Source of the DNA: Octopus sinensis
Lineage: Eukaryota
DNA: 64,000 bases
NCBI RefSeq assembly: GCF_006345805.1
Contig: NC_042999.1
Span: 9,734,001-9,798,000, forward strand
Direction of reading: 5' to 3'
Shown here: in pieces, positions 38,621-51,735 of the stretch
How the letters are laid out: every line of letters begins with the position of its first letter
Numbering within the stretch: position 1 is the first letter of the stretch
Translations under genes and position numbers: made by a program
Notes under the pieces: generated by a model
The model's database searches: none
Told to the model about the DNA's origin: nothing
Seen by the model: the letters and a program-made list of their open reading frames with translations, nothing else

Positions 38621-39482
38621 GTACATAGATAGACAGAGAGAGAGAGAGAGAGAGAAGAAGGAGTAAGAGAGAAGTTGAGTGAGAGAGAGTGGGAAAGAAA
38701 GATGGCGAGATGCCAGTTGAAATCGTTATTCAAATCAAATAGAAAAAAAAAGCAATGAAAATTAGTAACTTAAAAGTTAAAATGATGAAGACGATGAGGA
38801 TGTTGATGACAGTGATGTACAAAGACAAAAATATCACCGTGCGGTGGTTTTAATCACTTTTGATGTCAACCAAAGTTTGTTTCTATCTTAATCTGTTATT
38901 CAAAGCGTACACACACACACACTTAAAATCATGCAAAATTTTACAATTAAACACACACGTACTCACATATACACATGATTTTCTTTAATTATTTCATTCT
39001 TATCTTTTTTTTTGCTTCATAATTATATTTCTCATGTTTTATTATTTTTTGTTTTTCTCATTTTCTAATTTAGAATTCCATCCTAAAATTTGATTACCAA
39101 AAACAGGCAAAAAATACGAAAGAGTAGCGAATCAAATTTGTTTAAAGTTCCTTGTTTTCGTTCAGTTCTTTGTAACAAATGAAATATCTTTCGAAGCGGT
39201 CTTCTTCGAAATTTTTTCAACAAGACGGAAGTTCCAGTAACAATTCTAAACCCGACAAACGTTTACCATTTTCGCGATTCTCTCCTAAAAGGGAGTAAAA
39301 GACCAAAGAAGGTTCTCGTTCCTTTTTTACTTGTTTCAGTCATTGGACTGCGGCCATGCTGGGGCACCGCCTTGAAGGGTTTTAGTCGATTGAATCGACC
39401 ACAGGGTTTATTGTTTTTTAAATTCTGGTGCCTATTAGAACCGCTAGGTTATACTAAACACCAGAATTTACATATTCAGTCC

Positions 39483-40135
39483 AAGACTGAATATGTAAAC
39501 TAGTGCCTGTCCAACAGTGATTTCATCATCCATACTCCCAACAATACGCCCTTAAATATGGTTTCTGATTACAAATATCTTGGGTCATACATATCATCAT
39601 CTGAAAAAGATTTTCTAACTAGAAAGGGTATGACCTGGTCAGCCTGTTATGATATGCATAAGATCTCGTCATCAAATCTAAGTAGAGATTTCAAACTTAA
39701 AATCTTCAAAGCCACAGTCGAACCAATTCTACTATATGGCTCAGAAACCTGGACGTTATCAAAGAAGCTTGAGAGGCGGTTGGATGGAACCTACACTCGC
39801 CTCCTTATGAGAGCTCAAAATCTCTCGTGGAAGCGTCATCCAACCAAAGTACAAATATATGGGAAATTACCACCTGTATCATCTCTTGTGAAAGGTAGGA
39901 GAGTCCAGTTTGCTGGACATTGTTGTAGAACTGAAAACGAGGTAATTTCTACTCTTCTCCTCTGGAAGCCATCTGCTCGCGATACCAGAGGGCACACACT
40001 CTCCTACCCTGATGTAATCTCCAGGGATACAGGCATCCAGCAACGGGACCTCCGTAATGCTATGATGAACTGTGAAGTCTGGCGAACATAGTAAACTCCA
40101 TTGTCTCGACCGCGGTCGAACAATGATGAATGATA
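39483..40135 (+). mobile_element. RTE/RTEX-type LINE, 5'-truncated 3' part
   Basis: KTEY...DYKYLGS...LLYGSETWTL...RRVQFAGHC...LLLWKP; short UTR ending in TGA repeats. Confidence 0.85.
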
Positions 40136-40794
40136 AGGTTATGTGGACATTAAACCAACGCCGGTTGTCAAATGGTGAAGTGACGATCACAGACGCACAC
40201 ATGCATACATACACACATGCATACATACTCACATACACAAACACACACATACACATGTATAGATAAATAATTTTTCACAAAACCATAGGAACATTAAGTG
40301 TGGGGCGGTGATGGAGAGGATAAGGAAAGTGAAAGTAAAACATAGCCATTTTGTGCCTCGTTGAGTTCAGTCTGTTGCAAAGATTGAGCGAAGGCGCGCG
40401 GATTAGCGGTTTGGGTATTCGGCTCACGACCGTAAGATTGTGAGTCCGTTTCCTGGCGGCCCCTTGTGTCTTAAGCAAGACACTTTATTTCACAAAAATA
40501 AATTGTACCAGTAATTCGAAGGGCCAGCCTTGTCATATACTGTATCACGCTGAATCTCCCTAAGAACTGTGTAAAGGGCCAGTAATTACCGGTTGATGGG
40601 TGTTAGGCCATTACATCAATCCCACCCCCACTACATGACTGGTACTTTATTTTATCACACCCGAAAGAATGAAGAGCAAGGTGGACCTTCGTGGGATTTG
40701 AACTCTGAACGTAAAGAGTCGGAAGAAATCTGCTGAGCATTTTGTCCGACGCACTTATGACTCAGCTAACTCACCGCCTGACATCTAAATATAA

Positions 40795-41150
40795 CTGGTT
40801 TCGAATTTTGGCACAAGGCCAGTAATTTCAGGGGAGAGTGCAAGTCGATTACATAGACCCCAGTACGCAACTGGTATTTATTTTATCGACCCCGAAAGAA
40901 TGAAAGGCAAAGTCGACCTCGGCGGAATTTAAACTCAGAACGTAAAGACAGACAAAATACTTATTTCTTTACTACCCACAAGGGGCTAAACACAGAGAGG
41001 ACAAACAAGGACAGACAAACGGATTAAGTCGATTACATCGACCCCAGTGCGTAACTGGTACTAATTTAATCGACCCTGAAAGGATGAAAGGCAAAGTCGA
41101 CCTCGGCGGAATTTGAACTCAGAACGTAAAGACGGACGAAACGCTGCTAA
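40795..41150 (-). mobile_element. Dimeric family A SINE
   Basis: Head-body-long tail, then a second body and short tail; same layout as 45625-45990 (+). Confidence 0.75.
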
Positions 41151-41824
41151 GCGTGCAAACGGTGCTGCCAGCTGCGCCGCCTTCGCTGCTTTTATGATAA
41201 TAACAATTGATAACAATAATGAAATGATGTCCATTATTGTTTGTTTCCTGGTCCCTTACCATTTTACAATATATTCTTCAGGAGAACGGGTACGCGGGAG
41301 AGCGTCAAATGTATACGACCGGGTGCGTTGAAGAGGGTGTTTCTAACCTTAGTGAATGTTTCATACAAATTCATCAATCGATCTTTCGCCCGCTGATTTT
41401 CTGGAAGTTTCCGTTCAGTTCTTTTATCTACTATCTCACACTTGTTTTAATCGTTAGACTGCGGCGATGCTGGAGCAAACCCTTGTTGAAGAATTTTTAG
41501 TCGAACAAATCAAACGCAGTACTTGGTTTGTTTTATTTTAATGTCTGGTATTTATTCTATTGGTCTGTTTTGCTGAACTACTAATTTACGGGGACGTAAA
41601 CACACCATCACCGGTTGTCAAGCGGTGGTGGGAGACAAACACATACACAAAGACACACATAAATATATACACATACATACATACTCATATATACATATAT
41701 ACATACATATATATATCACCGTGACCGATCAGGCTATCAGATGTTGCTACACATCGCTGGTCACAATGCGCTTTGCATTGTTTTAGCCTTCAAATGACGC
41801 CTGCCCGATGGCTAAGAGAGCAGG

Positions 41825-41876
<52 letters not shown>

Positions 41877-41884
41877 CATGTATG

Positions 41885-41915
<31 letters not shown>

Positions 41916-42589
41916 TCACGACGGTCTTCTTTCACTTTCCGTCAACCAAATCCACCCACAATGCTTTAGAAGAAGATACTTGCCCAAGGTACTACGCAAT
42001 GGGACTGAACCCGGAACCATATGGCTTGCAAGCAAGCTTCTTACCACAGCCACACCTGCGTACTTACAAAGCGTATTCGTATATGTAACTGGGATCAATT
42101 TGTCCGAGTAAAGCCCTGAAAATGCGGTGCCCCAGCATGGTCGCCGTCCAATGATTGAAGCAAGCGAAAGATAAAAGTAAACAGATAACCACAATTGCTT
42201 GTAGTTAGCTTTTAAATGCTCTCTAAACCCTCTCTCGATGTTAACCAAAACCCAACAAATGAGAGAAAAACAAAGAAGACAAAAGCTAGGATTTCATGCG
42301 ACTCAGTGTGGTTGGTCGGGTTTCTTGGCTGAACGCAATAACCGTGAAACCTTGAAATCATTGACGTTGTTAGTTCACGTCAAGTGAATCGGGATAAAAG
42401 GGCTTTCTTCAAGGATAGAAACGGAGAAGGCAACGAAGAAGAAAACACTCGACAAAAGTCAAGCATTTCATTGTTTTTTTCCCCCCTTTTGTGTTCGGTT
42501 AACTTCTTTGCTTCGTAGACAACCACTGCTCACTCTCTCACTCACTCACTCGGCCTTTGTCGTTTATCGATATTTAGACGTTGGTGTGG

Positions 42590-42670
<81 letters not shown>

Positions 42671-42962
42671 ATGTGTGCGCGCGCGCGTGTGTATGTATAA
42701 TATATATAGTCTATCTATCTATCTATCTATCTATTATATATATATATCTATCTATAGATAGACAGATAGATAGACATATATATTATACACACACACGCGC
42801 GCACACATATACAACATGTATACATATATACACATGTATATATATATATGTATATGTGTGTATATATATAATATATATTATATATATACGCAGGTATCTT
42901 TATCTATCTATCTATCTCTCCTCTCTCTCTCTCTCTCTATTATATAATAATATCTATATATA

Positions 42963-43030
<68 letters not shown>

Positions 43031-43205
43031 TATATATATACTGACACTACACATATCTATGTGTATGTATATTGTATATACATATGTATATATTTACGCA
43101 CACACACATGTATATATATACACACAGACTAAAGTCATAAAAGGTGTATATCAGTTGAACTTTGTCCCTCGGTAATATGTCTTTTTATGTACTCAGAGCT
43201 TTCTT

Positions 43206-43244
<39 letters not shown>

Positions 43245-43390
43245 TAGATAGATAGATATAGATAGATAGATAGATAGATATAGATAGATAGATATAGATA
43301 GATAGATAGATATAGATAGATAGATAGATTAGATAGATAGAGATAGATAGATAGATATAGATAGATAGATAGATAGATAGATAGAAGATT

Positions 43391-43442
<52 letters not shown>

Positions 43443-43460
43443 TATAGTATATATATTATA
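42590..43460. repeat. (TA)n/(TG)n/(GATA)n microsatellite block
   Basis: One of many; others at 4560-5055, 10860-10985, 29370-29790 (CT), 38180-38660, 48270-48540. Confidence 0.95.
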
Positions 43461-45497
43461 TTTTTTTTCTAGTTTCAGCTCAGAGCTGCGGCCATGCTGA
43501 TGCACCGCCGTTTTGTGCTACACTGTTATTACGACAAACCTCGTCTAATATGTGCACTGGTGGTGAAGAATGAGTTTGATATAGCTACTCTCATTGCACC
43601 TCTTGCCGTGAGGTAGGTTCATCTGGGACTCTTGACAGGAAGATGTCCCGCTTTGATTTAAAAACCGCTACATCTACTTTGTGCAAGTTCCTCAGACTCT
43701 TTGGGAGAATATTAAAAAGCTGTGGGCCCTTGAAACCCAGGCTGTTGCAGAAGCTGGTCCTGAAGCGTGATGGCATTGCTGGGATCTTTGGCACTATGCA
43801 GTGTCGTCCCGTTCTAGCATTGGTGTAGCTTACAATGCCAAAATTTGGCACAATTCCTTCCAGGATCTTCCAGACATATGTTATTGCATACCTCTCTCGT
43901 CTTCTCTCCAGGGAGTAGAGTCTTAGCTGTTTCAACCTTTCCCAGTAGCTGAGCTGTTGCAAAGAGATGATCTTATTTGTGAATCTTCTCTGGATTGCTT
44001 TAAGGTCCGCTGTTAATTTTACACTGGTGGGTGACCATAGCTGTGAGCAATAATCCAGGCGACTGAGGACGAATGTCCGCCAGAGGACCATCATGGTTTC
44101 CTTATCTCTGGTTCTGAATGTTCTTAGGATCCACCCAGCCAGTCGTCTGCACTTTGTCGCCATCCTGGTAATGTGCACTTGGAAAGAGGTATCATCACTC
44201 ATGTCGATACCCAGGTCCCTCACAGACTTAGGCTCTGGGATTGAAATTCCCTGTGGACCGGTGTATCCTGTAAGTTTAATATTCAGTTTTGGATGCTGGT
44301 AGCGCAGGGCCTGGAATTTTTCAGCATTAAACTGCATACTATTATCCTCAGCCCATCTGTAGATTGAGTCCAACTCCTGCTGCAGGTGTGCAACATCGCT
44401 GGGGCTCTGTATTTTCTGCGAGACTTTCGTATCGTCTGCATAGCTGGCCAGAGTGGCTATCCGGGCATTTGAGGGCATATCTGAGAGGGCCACTATAAAA
44501 AGCAGTGGTTCCAAGATAGTGCCCTGTGGAACACCGCTCACTATTTGTGTGTTCATAGAGGTGGCTCCATTAACCACTACTGCCTGACTCCTATCTTTCA
44601 GGAAGTCATGCAACCACACTCCAAGTTTTCCAGCTAAGCCGAGGTCACGTAGTTTGTGGCATATCATACCATGATCCACCTTGTCAAAAGCTTTTGCAAA
44701 ATCAAGGTAGATTACGTCCACATTTGATTTGTTGAGTAACTGCCTCAACACCCAGTCATAATGCTGTAAGAGCTGGGTCAGGCAGCTCCTACATGGTCGA
44801 AAACCATGCTGGGTATTACTCAGCAAGTTATTTTCCTCAAGGAATGCGATTAGTTTCTTTCTGACTATCGTTCCATGACTTTGCTGATGTGTGAAGTCAG
44901 AGAGATAGGCCTATAGTTTTTGGCATCTGCTCTACTTCCCCTTTATGTATTGGGCATATTATTCCCTCCTTCAGCTTGCTGGCAGTTTGCCATTCGCAAG
45001 AAAGCTCTGGAAGAGAATCTTGAGGGGTTTTGCTAGGGCATGCTTACACGCTTGAGGAGGATGGCTGGGAAACCGTCTGGACCAGCAGCTGAGTTTGTGT
45101 CCACTTCATCTATGGCTAGTAGGACATTTTTCGCTAATGTCAATACATTCTATTGTAACCGCCTCGCTGGTTATAGGTGAGGCGGCAAAGAAGTCCACTG
45201 GTTCGTTCACTTGTCTGTGTTCCAACGGGGTGGGTAAAGACACTTTTGAAACTGGTCATTCAGCATCTCACTGATCATAGTTGGACTGTCTGTGAGGGAG
45301 CCATCCTTTTGGAGGAGGGGTCCTATCTTGTAGTGCACTGAGCCTGTTTCTTTCGCGTAATGAAAGAAGGCCTTTGGGTTTGATTTAATGTTTTTTATAA
45401 CCCAGGCTTCTTTGTCTGCTTTCTCCTTCACATAGGATTGTTGCAGCCTTTTTTCGATCTCCATCAGTGTTGTTTTCAGGCGGGACGTTTCGCTACT
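43461..45497 (-). mobile_element. CR1-clade LINE, 5'-truncated (~2 kb), RT region open for 411 codons
   Basis: QHGFRPCRSCLTQLL, YLDFAKAFDKVDH, SGVPQGTILEPLLF, YADD, YCSQLWSP; several 1-nt frameshifts upstream of 44826; 3' stem-loop tail and A-run at 43461-43510. Confidence 0.95.
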
Positions 45498-45624
45498 TAT
45501 ATATATATGTATGTATGTATTATACATTCTTATGATTTCATAAGTTGTTCCAGGGAAATACCATAGATTTATAAGCCTTTGATTTGTAATAAACATTTTT
45601 ATAATTAATATCTAATATTTATAA

Positions 45625-45990
45625 GGCGTCGAGCCGGGCGAAATGCTTAGAGGTATTTTGTCTACCGCTACATTCGGAGTTCAAATTCCTCCGAGGACGA
45701 CTTTGCCTTTCATCCTTTCGGAGTCGCTTAAATAAGTACCAGTTACGCACTGGGGTCGGTATAATCGACTTAATCCGTTTATCTGTCCTTGCTTGTCCTC
45801 TCTGTGTTTAACCCCTTGTGGGTAGTAAAGAAATAGGTATTTTATCGGTCTTTACGTTCTGAGTTCAAATTCCGCCAAGGTCGACTTTGCCTTTCATCCT
45901 ATGGGAGATCGATACATTAAGTACCAGTTGCGTACTGGAGTTGATCTAATCAACTGCCCCCACCTCCCCCAAAATTTCGGGCCTAGAGTA
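45625..45990 (+). mobile_element. Dimeric family A SINE
   Basis: Long tail ...GTAGTAAAGAAATA runs directly into GGTATTTT...TACGTTCTGAGTTC (second body). Confidence 0.75.
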
Positions 45991-46061
45991 GAAAAGAATA
46001 TTTAATTCTTATGCTTTTCAGTTTGAGTGGACACCACCTGGATTGTCTACATCGACAGCGT

Positions 46062-46478
46062 GGAGGCGCAATGGCCCAAGGGTTAGGGCAGCGGACTCGC
46101 GTTCGGAGGATCGCGGTTTCGATTCCCAGACCGGGCGTTGTGTGTGTTTATTGAGCGAAAACACCTAAAGCTCCACGAGGCTTCGGCAGGGGGTGGTGGC
46201 GACCCCTGTTGTACTCTTTCGCTCCAACTTTCTCTCACTCTTTCTTCCTGTTTTTTTGTCCCCGTCTTCCTACGCAACCGCTGAGCCTGGATGCGCATTC
46301 ATCCATCCGTCGATGCTCTCGGTGTCGGGGGTTGACCTGTTTTCTCCTCTGCGGGTCTTACGAATAGCAAAAGGACCACGTTTCGGGCTTCTCCCACTAC
46401 AGATAATCTTGAGGCGCGATCTTGCGAGCTCTGGAACGAAGACCGCTTCGCTCAACAAACAAACCAACAAACAAACAT
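46062..46478 (+). mobile_element. tRNA(Arg)-like SINE, family D
   Basis: GGAGGCGCAATGGCCCA.GGGTTAGGGCAGCGGACTCGCG...GGTTTCGATTCC head; copies at 54010-54381 (-) and 49975-50150 (-). Confidence 0.85.
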
Positions 46479-47069
46479 GGACAGCAGACTTCAATACGAA
46501 TCGCATACATACATTTATATACAAGTGTGACAAGTGCTAACGCATGAAACTTTTAACCCTTGAAACACTTTTTCCTCTGCTACATATTGATAAAAAATAT
46601 ATGTATACTCGTGTTTGAGTTCCGCTTCTCCTGTTTGCATCACCAAACCTATTATATATTCTTATATATCCAAGAAGCAGCTTTTCTTTTTGACATTCTA
46701 CATTGAAAATTATGTATGTCTACGTATCTATTCTTTTCTCCGGCCCATCTCCCACCACAGCTGTTTAATTCACAGTTATGTCTCATAGAACATCAGTCTC
46801 ACTTCTTTCCCAGCGTCAGCCGCTTTCTTTGTAACTTTCTCTCCAACCATTAAGACATATAACAATAATCTAAAAAGAAACCTATCGAACATATTGATCA
46901 CGGTTTCGATATCTTTCTGTTCCTTTCACATAGTAATTTTTACTGCCTCCTTTTCTATTCTTCTTAGAAACCAAGCTAACCTGTCCGCATTGTCAAGACA
47001 ATTCATTACTATCCAATAGCACCTACCTACAATCGTACATATATTCATTATAAGGTAATATACACGAGC

Positions 47070-47118
<49 letters not shown>

Positions 47119-47334
47119 ATGTTACAGAATACAGTCATAGATTTTGCCTAGCACTGTATTTTCTGTTACACAGAGGTCAACACTTTGTCTTTATATACAT
47201 ACACCATCTTGGATAGAAAAGTGTTAATGAGCCAGTAATTGTACATACACGCATCCACACACACATTGCACCAGCATGCGCATTCATATATGTGCGCCAG
47301 TGGCGTGTATATATATATATATATATACACACAC

Positions 47335-47369
<35 letters not shown>

Positions 47370-47940
47370 CGAGAAAGAAGCAACAAGAATGGATTAGTTT
47401 TTAGTACAATTGTTTCATACAAAGACAGGCTTTATTACAAGTCGCAAAAATTGCAGCAGATAAAAGTGTCCCGTACTCTCATCAGATAAAATACATTTGA
47501 GTTCTCCAAACATCTGATGGGTGAGGTCTACTCATGAAATCTTGGAGATAATTCCATTAGAGGCAGATATAGGTTGTAAGCAGATTTCCAAAGTTCCTTA
47601 ATGATGATGCACAGTCTTATCACAGATTTTTAAAAAACTTATTATTGTTTGAAGAGAAGGTGAATTAATCCATAGTGTAGATTAATTTCCAGAGATATGA
47701 GGAGGATGATGCACAGACTTATCACAGGTTTTAAAGACTTATTAGCTTCACAGAAAAGGTGAATTAATCCATAGTGAAGATTTAAATTTCCAGCGTAAGA
47801 GGAGGAATTTCATACTCACAGACGATGTATTTAACCATTATTAATCCACAATCATTTCATGCTATATGATAAGTAATTTGCCATATTACTGCTCTCCTGC
47901 AAACTGCTATGTTAAGGATTTCTAAAGGCTTTATATATAT

Positions 47941-47978
<38 letters not shown>

Positions 47979-48014
47979 TTATATATAATATATAATATTT
48001 ATTATATAGAAGGC

Positions 48015-48064
48015 GCTTCTACAGGACTAGAACTGTTTCATTCAAGAGAAATCTTCAGGAAGCT
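48015..48064 (-). ncRNA. Type I hammerhead ribozyme motif (mirror copy)
   Basis: Identical core on the minus strand; stem I 5 bp (GCTTC/GAAGC). Confidence 0.78.
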
Positions 48065-48135
48065 AGTTAACAAGAAATTGTATTGGCATTTATACATTTA
48101 GGCAGTGTATAATGCCAATACAATTCTTGTTAACT

Positions 48136-48186
48136 AGCTTCCTGAAGATTTCTCTTGAATGAAACAGTTCTAGTCCTGTAGAAGCT
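48136..48186 (+). ncRNA. Type I hammerhead ribozyme motif
   Basis: Stem I AGCTTC/GAAGCT, CTGAAGA 48142-48148, stem II TTC/GAA with outer T.T, GAAA 48161-48164, stem III ACAG/CTGT, GUA site (A 48180). Confidence 0.8.
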
Positions 48187-48264
48187 CCTTCTATATAATA
48201 AATAATTTTACTCTGCTATGTATGAGTACCTTATTTACTGTGGTTAACCCCGAATCAACCCGGG

Positions 48265-48310
<46 letters not shown>

Positions 48311-48421
48311 TATATTATATCATAATATAATATATATATATCTATATATATATATATATATATATCTATATATATATATCTAATATATATATATATGTAA
48401 TGTATATACATAATATATATG

Positions 48422-48456
<35 letters not shown>

Positions 48457-48459
48457 GTG

Positions 48460-48490
<31 letters not shown>

Positions 48491-49293
48491 GAGAGGACGA
48501 GAGAGAGAGTAGAGAGAGAGGCACACACCACACACACAGTAGAAAGATAGAGAAAGGAGAACGATACAAATAAACAAATAAAAACTGTTTGGGCTTGATA
48601 TACAAAATATATATGTTCATATATACATGTGAACAGAAAGAAAGCATAGACTGAAATTTTTTAGACGACGAATATTCAAGTATAAATATTAATATATAAA
48701 TATTTAACTATTAACAGAGCAAACTTACACAGAGAATTAAAAGGGAGGAGGCAATGTCTTACAAGTCCGACAGCTGTTTCTGGGGGCTCGGAGTTACTTC
48801 ATAATTTTGGCAGATGTAGTGTACCAAAATGTCCAACCGGTAATGGAAGCAAATAGATATTGGATAGATTCGGCCTTCATCTTCAGGGTGGAGAGACAAA
48901 GATCTGACCAAATTTTTATAGGTCAGATAAGAAAGGATGAAAGGTGAAGATTGTTTCTGCTGGAATCCATCTTGAAAAATGGAAAGGTATGAAATTATTG
49001 TGATCCTGTTTTTTTTTTTGCCCCAAGAATCCCCTGCGTCATCCGTTTCCGTCCTTTTTTTTTCTTTTAGATAATTAGTATTGTTTAATTAATCTAATGA
49101 CTGATTGACTGAGTCAAACATTCAATCAATAATCCATTCAAATTTACTCAAAAAACTACAGATCGAAAATAAAACTTCAAAAATTCATTTGATTAAATTC
49201 ATTTCATCGAAGAAGAATTTTTGCAGACATTTCGGAATACAAAAATATGTCTCGTTTACTTTCATAACTTTCTTGGTAGCATTATACACTAAC

Positions 49294-49700
49294 GGCGTAG
49301 GAGTGGCTGTGTGGTAAGTAGCTTGCTTACCAACCACATGGTTCCGGGTTCAGTCCCACTGCGTGGCACCTTGGCAAGTGTCTTCTACTATAGCCTCAGG
49401 CCGACCAAAGCCTTGTGAGTGGATTTGGTAGACGGAAACTGAAAGAAGCCCGTCGTATATATGTATATATATATATATATGTGTGTGTGCGTGAATGTTT
49501 GTGTTTGTCCCCCTAGCATTGCTTGACAACCGATGCTGGTGTGTTTACGTCCCCGTCACTTAGCGGTTCGGCAAAAGAGACCGATAGAATAAGTACTGGG
49601 CTTACAAAGAATAAGTCCCGGGGTCGAGTTGCTCGACTAAAGGCGGTGCTCCAGCATGGCCGCAGTCAAATGACTGAAACAAGTAAAAGAGTAGAAGAGT
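49294..49700 (+). mobile_element. Family B SINE, full length
   Basis: Near-identical to 14185-14595 and 57737-58130. Confidence 0.9.
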
Positions 49701-50510
49701 AACGTCATAAACACTCTTCTGGCCGTATTTCTGTTGAAATACACAACCGTTGTTTAAAGTTTGAAAATAAGGAAGAATTTGCTAAAATAACTGTCATTAT
49801 TAAGCTGTCGTTGGGCGACGAGCTGGTAGAATCTTTAGCATGCCGGACAAAATGCTTAGCAGCATTTCGTCCGTCTTTACGTTCTGAGTTCAAATTCAAC
49901 CGAGATCGACTCCGCCTTTCATTCCTTGGAGATACAATAAAATAAATACTAGTTGAACACGGTGGGCCGGGAAGGGCGATGTAATACAGGTACAACAGAA
50001 ACAGGAAGTAAGAGTGAGAGAAAGTTGTGGTGAAAGAGTACAGCAGGGGTCGCCACCAGCCCCTGCCGGAGCCTCGTGGAGCTTTATGTGATTTCGCTCA
50101 ATAAACACTCACAACGCCCGGTCTGGGAATCGAAACCGCGATCCTATGACCGTGGAGGCGCAATGGCCCAGTGGTTAGTTTGGAACATAAATTTACATGA
50201 AATCTTAATGGGCGGTTTTAATTTATTTCAACTTAAAACAAGGAGTTTGCATCGGAGAAATAAGGAGGCTTTCAAGCGGTTGACATCAAAAGAATCTTCG
50301 CTGCACTCGACACAATTAAACTGCATTTCAAATAAGGACGAAACAAACAAATAAAGAAATATCTGAAATTAGAAGAATTTGCTCTTGAATATTGACTCGA
50401 AACATTGGCACAGAGGAACGGTATGTCGACGATGGAATCATCTCACGATTTAAACTAGTGATTATGTTGTCATTGGTTGTAGACAAACATTATTATTATT
50501 ATTATTATTA

Positions 50511-50570
<60 letters not shown>

Positions 50571-50744
50571 TATCATTACTTTTTTCTTCTTCTTTCAAAT
50601 TTGCTTCCATTTCTTGCAGAGTGTCTTCCCGACTCCTAGGGCAAAGAAACTCATAGTATACATTGGTAGGCCATTAAACCAAACTCAATAGTTCGTTAAT
50701 TTTTTTTTTTTTTAAGTTAAATTAAAATACATGAGCAGCGACAG

Positions 50745-51055
50745 TTCTCACATCGACAATGCTCTTCTCAATACGCGTGATGTACCAGTTAAGACAATCT
50801 TTTGCACTTCTTGCAGGGATGGTAAGCCAGGGATTATTCTCATATAATTTTCGGTTCCCTTCTTGATCATTCCTAGTGCTCTTACGATCACTGGTATTGT
50901 AACCGCCTTGAGATGGCCACATTTTCTCAATTTCAATGAGTAGGTCTTTATATTTTCTGAGCTTGTCAAACTCTTTCGCTGAGATATATATGATCACAGG
51001 GGATGCTCATGTCGATCAATAAGCAAACTTTATTGTTTTGGTCTTTCACAACAAT
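50745..51055 (-). mobile_element. R4/Dong-like LINE 3' end
   Basis: KVCLLIDMSIP; KYKDLLIEIEKMW; VTIPVIVRALGMIKKG...LQEVQKIVLTGTSRVLRRALSM; (TTA)n upstream. Confidence 0.85.
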
Positions 51056-51625
51056 AATTATAATTATTATTTATTACTATATTATATTATCATTATTAGT
51101 ATATTATTATTATAATTTTATTATTATTATTATTAATTATTATTGAGTGAGCGAGCAGAGCATGCCATCAAAGTGACACTGGGGAAAAAATAACGAAGCC
51201 CAGTATACCCATCATGACTACCCGTCTGATAAGGGTACACCAGGCACATGCATCACAACCATATGTGCGCGACATCGTGATCTCATATCAAGATAAACAG
51301 CACATGACCTTGCAGGTGGAGCCCAGTTAGAATTTTCTTCAGATCGTAGTAACCCATCCCGCTCAAAAGGTCCCTGAATAAGGGTTGTTTAAGGACGTTG
51401 AACAAAACACCCATGTTTCCAGAGGTGAATTATTCAAACCCCAAAGAATCCTTCTCAACACATGGCTATGATGCTCCCCCACTACTTCTGCTCGTGATCA
51501 GAGATGCACATATCGTCAGCCACTAAGGGACATGCTCAACTGGTTAAGGTCAAACAACTGACAAGCAAATCTGTGGTATTGAGCAGAATATTTGCTGTAG
51601 CCCATCTTTTATACTGTAGCCCATC

Positions 51626-51735
<110 letters not shown>

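Larger units (their letters stand above)
47996..48204. repeat. ~100-bp-arm palindrome, probable inverted PLE terminal repeat
   Basis: Arms 47996-48096 and 48106-48204; 1 substitution and 2 single-base indels; (TA)n flanks. Confidence 0.92.

Noticed and set aside
46062-46137. tRNA-Arg gene
   Set aside because: No proper acceptor stem or T-run terminator; it continues into a SINE body present in three copies
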